From contig CAYYQL010000008.1 of NCBI GenBank assembly GCA_964473825.1, positions 1-64,000 on the forward strand: a stretch of DNA of 64,000 nt. The letters are read 5' to 3'. Position 1 is the stretch's first letter. Every line of letters begins with the position of its first letter. The DNA is from an uncultured archaeon. GTDB lineage: Archaea; Asgardarchaeota; Thorarchaeia; Thorarchaeales; Thorarchaeaceae. Positions 58,244-64,000 of the stretch are shown here, piece by piece. The position numbers and the translations under genes are program-made. The notes beneath the pieces were generated by a model that had not been told where the DNA came from, did not search any database, and was given only the letters and a program-made list of their open reading frames with translations.

Positions 58244-58929
58244 TGAGGCCCTATCTCTGTTTCTTGTTTCTTATAGGCGAGACCTAACTTCTTGCGTTCA
58301 CCTGTCACCGTGTAATATGCTCTCTCAGCTATCGCAAATGCTTGGTCAGCCGCTCGTTCACAATATCTACCAATTATCACATAGAACATTGACATGGCTT
58401 CGATATTGTCCATCTTTTTGAGAAACTCTGCAATCTCCTCGAACATCTCAGCAGTTTCACGGTCACTCTCAGCCTCCAGCTTCTCAAGTTCATCAAGCTC
58501 TGATAGATCCTTTTCAACCAAGGCCTTCATAGCGATGTCTAGAGTTGACTTTGCAAGCTCGGCTAGATAGGGCAATGACTCGAGTTCCTTGTAGTGGTCC
58601 AGACCATTGCAGAGTTTGGTGATGTAAGCAATCTTGTACGCATAGCGCCCCACTCGATGCAGGTGGTGAGCAACGTGGCTGTATGTTGCCAGAGCTCTGA
58701 GGTCGCTTGCGACCGGTTGTCTTCTTGCTATTGTTTCGAAGACATTGCTCTCAATCCTGTTTGCGAGCTCCTCTATGTCGTCTACTTGTTCTTGAACCGC
58801 AGTGGCGGCGTCTTCGTCAAGGTCCTCAAAGGACTTCATCGAGTCGGTCAGCGCCTTGCTTGCCAACTCATGCATTCTTTCCAGTCTTTTGACAATCTCT
58901 TCCATATAGAACTCAAGTTGCGATCTCAT
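58240..58929 (-). CDS. phoU: Phosphate signalling/uptake protein PhoU
   Basis: IARRQPVASDLR, L.RVG.YA..IA, ERAAD.A..IAE...Y.VTG. Confidence 0.93.
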   Translation of the reverse strand: MRSQLEFYMEEIVKRLERMHELASKALTDSMKSFEDLDEDAATAVQEQVDDIEELANRIESNVFETIARRQPVASDLRALATYSHVAHHLHRVGRYAYKIAYITKLCNGLDHYKELESLPYLAELAKSTLDIAMKALVEKDLSELDELEKLEAESDRETAEMFEEIAEFLKKMDNIEAMSMFYVIIGRYCERAADQAFAIAERAYYTVTGERKKLGLAYKKQETEIGPH

Positions 58930-58939
58930 GACTTCACCT

Positions 58940-59701
58940 CTAACCTATTCGACCTGTAATGAAGGCTTCTGTTCTTGGGTCACTTGGTGCTTCAGCTATT
59001 CTCGAAGTCTTGTCGAACTCGACGAGCTCACCAAGATAAAGAAAAGCTGCACGATCAGATACTCGAAATGCCTGTTGCACGTTGTGGGTTACAAGAATGA
59101 TTGTGTAGTCCTTCTTCAGCTCCACAATCAGGTCTTCTATTTTGGCTGCGCTCAAGGGGTCCAGTGACGAGACAGGTTCATCCATCAATAACACCGGTGG
59201 ATCGACACTCAGAGCGCGTGCGATGCAGAGTCTCTGCTGTTGCCCTCCTGATAGCGTTGTTCCCGGTTGGTCTAGATTGTGACACACCTCATCCCAGAGT
59301 GCTGCCTTCTTGAGGGTGGTTTCCACAATCTCCTCCAGTTTCTCGTTGTCGGTAATCCCATGAAGTTTCGGTCCGAATGTGAGGTTGTCCTTGACGCTCA
59401 TCGGGAACGGGTTCGGCCTTTGAAATATCATGCCCACTCTTTTCCTAAGATTGTACACGTCGGCTGTGGGATCATAGATGTTCTTTCCCTCGATGAGAAT
59501 CTTCCCGGTCATGCTGAAGCTGCCAACCGTGTCATTGAGTCTATTGATGGTTCTCAAAAATGTAGATTTTCCGCACCCCGAGGGCCCCATGACCCCCGTT
59601 ACGCAGTTGTCTTCGAAGTAGCATGTTATGTCTTTGAGTATATGCTTTCGCCCAAACCATGTGTTCAGGTTCTTGACTTCAATCTTAGTTTCTTCAGCCA
59701 T
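58940..59701 (-). CDS. pstB: Phosphate ABC transporter ATPase
   Basis: GPSGCGKST, FQRPNPFPMS, LSGGQQQRLCIARAL, MDEP.S.LDP, VTHN.QQA. Confidence 0.97.
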   Translation of the reverse strand: MAEETKIEVKNLNTWFGRKHILKDITCYFEDNCVTGVMGPSGCGKSTFLRTINRLNDTVGSFSMTGKILIEGKNIYDPTADVYNLRKRVGMIFQRPNPFPMSVKDNLTFGPKLHGITDNEKLEEIVETTLKKAALWDEVCHNLDQPGTTLSGGQQQRLCIARALSVDPPVLLMDEPVSSLDPLSAAKIEDLIVELKKDYTIILVTHNVQQAFRVSDRAAFLYLGELVEFDKTSRIAEAPSDPRTEAFITGRIG

Positions 59702-59704
59702 CTT

Positions 59705-60697
59705 TCAGACCAATCTCCTAGTAATCTTCCTTGAGATGAAGTTCGCAATGAGGTCGATGAACAGGACCATCCCCATGAGGGTGAGTGCTGTGGCCTGTGC
59801 CTTGACGTTGACGTAGTTTCGTGGATCACTGATGTAGCTCCACACAGTGTAGGGCATCGATGCTACCCAAGAAGCTGGTCCACTGACGCCTGTTGGGAGT
59901 CCCAGATTATTGCCAGATGTGAATATGAGTGGAGCAGTTTCGCCCATCACCCTTCCCATTGCCAAGAGGACACCAGTGATGATACCCGGAAACGCCGCGC
60001 GAATAGTGATCTTCCAGGTGGTTGTCCATTTTGTGGCTCCTAGGGCCAGGGATGCCTCCCTCAACGACATGGGCACTTGCCTGAGAGCTTCTTGAGTTGT
60101 TCGCAAGACAGTCGGTATCATCATGAAGGAGAGTGTGAGCCCACCGGCTAGCATCCCCATTCCCATCTTGAGATGAATAACTAGAAATGTGAACCCGAAT
60201 GCGCCGAAGACAATACTGGGTATGCCCGCAAGCACATCAGCGGCGAACTCAACGGAGCTTCGAACGAGTCCCGGCTGAGCATATTCTGTGATGTAGATTG
60301 CCCCAAGAACACTGAGGGGAACTCCAACAAGTATGGCCAACGCAATGAGGTAGGTTGTCCCCGCAATTGCGTTGAGTATGCCTCCTTCCAACCCTGGTCC
60401 AGGGGTGCTAAAGAAGAAGTCTAAGCCCTCACCAGGACCAGAACCTAAGAACACTTCGAGTCCCACAGATCCCACTTGAATCAGAATCAAGAAGAAGGGT
60501 GCACAGACGATGAGTACCGCGAGTATGAGCGCAATCCTAAATATGAGATCCTTGAGGTCGCGTCTTGAGTTGATTGCAGTTTGTCGCTTGATCCATCTTG
60601 CAAACTGAGTCAGCATATCTGTCTTTGGGATGGCGAACCTATAGTCCTTGTACGCCTTTTCTCTATCAAGATGGAGTGATGCGTCTCGTTCGTCCAT
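59705..60697 (-). CDS. pstA: Phosphate ABC transporter permease
   Basis: LAGIPSIVFG.FG, REASLALGATKW, GRVMGETAPL. Confidence 0.95.
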   Translation of the reverse strand: MDERDASLHLDREKAYKDYRFAIPKTDMLTQFARWIKRQTAINSRRDLKDLIFRIALILAVLIVCAPFFLILIQVGSVGLEVFLGSGPGEGLDFFFSTPGPGLEGGILNAIAGTTYLIALAILVGVPLSVLGAIYITEYAQPGLVRSSVEFAADVLAGIPSIVFGAFGFTFLVIHLKMGMGMLAGGLTLSFMMIPTVLRTTQEALRQVPMSLREASLALGATKWTTTWKITIRAAFPGIITGVLLAMGRVMGETAPLIFTSGNNLGLPTGVSGPASWVASMPYTVWSYISDPRNYVNVKAQATALTLMGMVLFIDLIANFISRKITRRLV

Positions 60698-60709
60698 TAC
60701 TCTTCCCTC

Positions 60710-61768
60710 CTATTCCATTCCACGAGTTCTCATCCCCCACTTGATGATCAGCTTGGCTGCAGCTGTAAAGAGTATGGACATGAGCATCAGAGTCAGTGCA
60801 ACTGCAAATAGGGCAGAACGCCAGAGCTCATATGTGTACGCATAGCCAAGCTGGTTTGCGATAATCGAAGTCATGACGTACACTGGGTCAAAGAGCGAAT
60901 ATGCGATTTGGAACGAGTTGCCTGTGACCATGAGTACCGCCATGGTTTCACCCACAGCCCTTCCAAGAGAAAGTATCACTGCTGCTCCGATTCCTGGGAT
61001 TGCAGCTGACAAGACAATGCTTCTAGCGGTTTCTCCAGTTGTTGCGCCGAGGGCTAAAGATGCCTCCCGGTATGATTTTGGCACTGACCTAAGTGCGTCA
61101 TCAGAAACAGCGACAACCGTAGGCAGGAGCATGATTGCCAGAATGATTCCTCCAGCCAGTAGACCTAGACCATTGGACTGCCCGCTAAACCACGGCATCC
61201 AAGCGGTGAGAGGATTCGATTGGACTGCGAGAGCAAATTCATACTTGATAAAAGGCACAAGAACAACATATGCCCAGAGACCGTACACGATAGACGGGAT
61301 TGCAGCCATCATCTCCACAATCATCCGCAGCCCCGTTCTAATTCCGTGTGGGCAGAACTCGCTCAAGAAGATGGCTGCGCCAATACCAAGTGGCACTGCC
61401 ATTGCTATTGCAAGGAATGTACACATAAACGAGCCCATGATGAAGATGGCGATTCCATAGAGGTTGCGATTGGGATCCCACGTTGTTTCAAAGATAATGC
61501 TAGGTCCACCTTCCGGACTCGTGAGTATCGGCACTGATTCGTACCATAAGAAAGTTAGCACAAGGATGATGACACCAATGCTGGCTATGGCCGGGATGAA
61601 CAGCCCGAAGCGTCCCAGTAAATCAACTCTTGCTCCTCCCCTTGCAGTTCTCACTTCATCTATGAAACACCTCACCGATATCTTCAGACTCTCAATGCTC
61701 TTTCTGAATCTGTTTTGTGCTTTATCAGTCAGTCTTGGTCCTTGATGCTTGCATTGTTGACCGTTCAT
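60710..61768 (-). CDS. pstC: Phosphate ABC transporter permease
   Basis: AAIPSIVYGLW, REASLALGAT, LGRAVGETMAV.MV.GN. Confidence 0.95.
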   Translation of the reverse strand: MNGQQCKHQGPRLTDKAQNRFRKSIESLKISVRCFIDEVRTARGGARVDLLGRFGLFIPAIASIGVIILVLTFLWYESVPILTSPEGGPSIIFETTWDPNRNLYGIAIFIMGSFMCTFLAIAMAVPLGIGAAIFLSEFCPHGIRTGLRMIVEMMAAIPSIVYGLWAYVVLVPFIKYEFALAVQSNPLTAWMPWFSGQSNGLGLLAGGIILAIMLLPTVVAVSDDALRSVPKSYREASLALGATTGETARSIVLSAAIPGIGAAVILSLGRAVGETMAVLMVTGNSFQIAYSLFDPVYVMTSIIANQLGYAYTYELWRSALFAVALTLMLMSILFTAAAKLIIKWGMRTRGME

Positions 61769-61841
61769 TGGCTTTTCACCATTTTTGTTGTTTTCTGCGA
61801 ATTAAAAGTCCGACGCTTGTGCGGGTCAGAAATATTGGGGT

Positions 61842-61863
61842 GGAAGTGCCTTGCGGCACTTCC
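61842..61863 (-). terminator. Perfect 9-bp hairpin between pstS and pstC (GCAA tetraloop on the transcript)
   Basis: GGAAGTGCC-TTGC-GGCACTTCC, 13 nt past the pstS stop. Confidence 0.65.
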
Positions 61864-61876
61864 GGGAAGGAGTAAA

Positions 61877-62932
61877 CTATGAAGATGGGGCAAGACTGCC
61901 CACAGCTTCTAAAGAGTAAGCCATTGCCGATGTTCCACCGATTGGAACATAGCCAACATCAGCGATATACTGCTGACCGATGCTTAGAACCCAGTAGAGG
62001 TAGGTGAGTGTCTGCCAATTCAGGTTGTCCTTGTTGACCATGTAGAACAAGAGTCTGGCAATGGGAAAGGCACCAGCTCTATCTGAATTCATCAGGTTTG
62101 CACCTGGATCGCTCAGTGTATCTGGTAGTGCTTTTAGAGCATTCTCAAGAGTGGGCTCAATCCATTCCTCGTTCCCCGGGTTGTAGAGAACAACTTGGGT
62201 TAGGTCGTCCATGAAGGCTAGGCCTACATATCCGATTCCGTTTTCATCGTTCTTAACACCTGATGCAACGCCCGGGTTACCTTCCACGGCATTACTGCCG
62301 GCAATCCACGAAATGGATTCCTTGTGTCCAAGACCCCACTCGTACTCTGCTCCGTTTGGATTCGTATTCTCATCTGCCTTCTCGAGCCAAGTGGCAAACG
62401 TGGCAGTTGTGCCGCTAGCATCTGAGCGAACATAGACGTTGATGTCACCTGTCTGCTGGATTGTGACACCGAAGGTGGTTTCGAAATCCTCCCAGGTAGT
62501 GACATTTCTCTGAAATACTGCAACAGCCATGTCGCAATCCATCTTGAAGGTAGATCCATTAACTGAAGGATGTGCAACGATTCCAAGGGCATCTGCGCTT
62601 ACCGGGATTATCTCAACATGCGTATTCGCAGTCCGATAAGTGCTATCAGGATACGAGCTTGTGGCACCAATGTCTATCAACCCATCTGCAACTTGTGATT
62701 GGCCCAAGCCGGAGCCTCCAGTGCCTGGTGTTACAGTGAACGAGGGCATATCAGCATGGAACTGACTCGCCCACTCCTGTGATAGCGGATACACTGTTGT
62801 GGAACCTGCTGTAGAGATGGTGTAAGTCTCAGTCTCTGCGCCTGTTCCTGGATTCAGGATCCACATTGCACCAGCTCCGATGAGTAGTCCAATGATGATT
62901 CCGACAATGATTGACGTTTTTGAATCTGTCAT
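61877..62932 (-). CDS. pstS: Phosphate ABC transporter substrate-binding protein
   Basis: AGSTTVYP, GGSGLG, RSDASGT, IGYVG, FPIAR.L; N-terminal TM anchor. Confidence 0.95.
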   Translation of the reverse strand: MTDSKTSIIVGIIIGLLIGAGAMWILNPGTGAETETYTISTAGSTTVYPLSQEWASQFHADMPSFTVTPGTGGSGLGQSQVADGLIDIGATSSYPDSTYRTANTHVEIIPVSADALGIVAHPSVNGSTFKMDCDMAVAVFQRNVTTWEDFETTFGVTIQQTGDINVYVRSDASGTTATFATWLEKADENTNPNGAEYEWGLGHKESISWIAGSNAVEGNPGVASGVKNDENGIGYVGLAFMDDLTQVVLYNPGNEEWIEPTLENALKALPDTLSDPGANLMNSDRAGAFPIARLLFYMVNKDNLNWQTLTYLYWVLSIGQQYIADVGYVPIGGTSAMAYSLEAVGSLAPSS

Positions 62933-62999
62933 TCTTGTTTCTCCATATTCTTTGGTGTCGTCGCAGTGGGCTCACTATTTGAGTTAGGCCCATGAGATG

Positions 63000-63205
63000 C
63001 ATGTGCGGTAAATGACTGCATATGCTACATATGCACATGCTGTAAATAGGAGAGTTCTCTTGCCAGTGATGGCCAAAGGGAGCAAAAATCGGAGCTATAG
63101 CGCTCGTGCGTCTCCCCGATCTGAATGAATAGCGCCTTTGAAGTTTCAATGAGAGTTCATGTTCATTCACATGAAGTGTGCATTAACTTCATATGTAATC
63201 ATATG
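63000..63205. promoter_or_regulatory. Candidate operator boxes (paired CATATG) in the divergent pstS / regulator intergenic region
   Basis: CATATG at 63019, 63028, 63190 and 63200; CACATG/CATGTG at 63000, 63034 and 63168. Confidence 0.45.
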
Positions 63206-63227
63206 CGAAATAGGCAAGTGCATTTGA

Positions 63228-64000
63228 ATGATTGTCACACGGAAGCTGAATCAAGTAAGGAACTCTTTCTATGTCTACCTCCCTCGTGCTTGGTGTGACA
63301 AGTTCCACCTAAACAAGGATTCTGAAGTGCGGATTGGTGAAACAGAAGAGGGTCTCTTGACCGTTTTCCCCCCGGAATATGAAACGAGGACCGGCGGGAA
63401 TCTAAGCATAACCATGGAGAACACGAGCAAAGATCGCGTTGAAAGCATCTTGACTGGAGCCTATATTGTCGGGGCCAGCGATGTCGAGATTAGTTTCTCT
63501 GGCAACTTAGATATGGAAACCCGGGAGCGAATCAGCAAGTGGATTCGAAGACTTCCTGGATTTGAAGTTCTGGACGAGCATAGTAGTAGCCTTGACATAA
63601 GCGACACCAGTGAGAAACAGGTGATAATCCCAGTTCTAAGGAGGCAGTTCGCAACCACCAAGTACATGCTCAGTGTTCTTATCAGTGCAACAAAGACGCG
63701 AGATCTTGAGGATAGTCGCCGCCTTGAGGAACGCGATGAGGATGTAGACCGTCATCGATATTTTGTCGAGAGGTTATGTCACCTTGCACTTCAGGATTCT
63801 GCCTATGCAAGAAAGATCGACGTGACTCCTTCAGACTGCCTGCATTTCAGCTTGGCTGCCAAGTACATCGAACGAATCGCAGACCACATCTGCGGTGCTG
63901 CAGCTCAACTAGAAAATGCTGGACGACTCCCGTCTAAGATTGAGAAGGCCTGTCGGGAAACAGGGGATGCCTATGAAGAGATGATGAAGGCCTTCTTCAG
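63228..64000 (+). CDS. Archaeal phosphate uptake regulator (AbrB/SpoVT N-domain + PhoU domain), 3' truncated
   Basis: MIVTRKLNQVRNSFYVYLPRAWC....L....EV...G.L.V.P, later DEDVDR and AKYIERIADH; divergent from pstS; absent from the ORF track because it is open-ended. Confidence 0.88.
   Translation, partial: MIVTRKLNQVRNSFYVYLPRAWCDKFHLNKDSEVRIGETEEGLLTVFPPEYETRTGGNLSITMENTSKDRVESILTGAYIVGASDVEISFSGNLDMETRERISKWIRRLPGFEVLDEHSSSLDISDTSEKQVIIPVLRRQFATTKYMLSVLISATKTRDLEDSRRLEERDEDVDRHRYFVERLCHLALQDSAYARKIDVTPSDCLHFSLAAKYIERIADHICGAAAQLENAGRLPSKIEKACRETGDAYEEMMKAFF

Overview
Archaeal genomic window, most consistent with an Asgard archaeon, probably Thorarchaeia-like. This is an inference from two tandem Rab-like GTPases, a profilin-like gene, a geranylgeranyl reductase, an archaeal LipS2/LplAB lipoylation cluster, an AbrB-PhoU regulator and TATA-type promoters. 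It opens with the 3' end of an M3B oligoendopeptidase and a 7-kb, AT-richer gene for a 2354-aa membrane-anchored beta-helix surface protein. About 55 densely packed genes follow: redox/stress genes (FprA, MsrA, hemerythrin, ferredoxin), a BMP-type nucleoside ABC transporter, peptidases, a 1.1-kaa TrmB/helical-rod protein, a NifS-SelD fusion with an adjacent methyltransferase, agmatinase, GGR, lipoate genes, two small GTPases and a complete pstSCAB-phoU operon with a divergent regulator. No rRNA, tRNA, CRISPR array or transposase was recognised. The best candidates for new biology are: (1) the NifS-SelD + methyltransferase selenium cassette between two paralogous Zn-finger membrane genes; (2) an ABC ATPase carrying inserted membrane helices, paired with a permease that has extra TMs; (3) a TrmB regulator split by an ~850-aa helical rod; (4) a divergent profilin; (5) a Rab-like pair, one lacking the catalytic Gln; (6) a TRAP-beta-like surface protein. 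All family calls are motif recognition by eye, not database searches.
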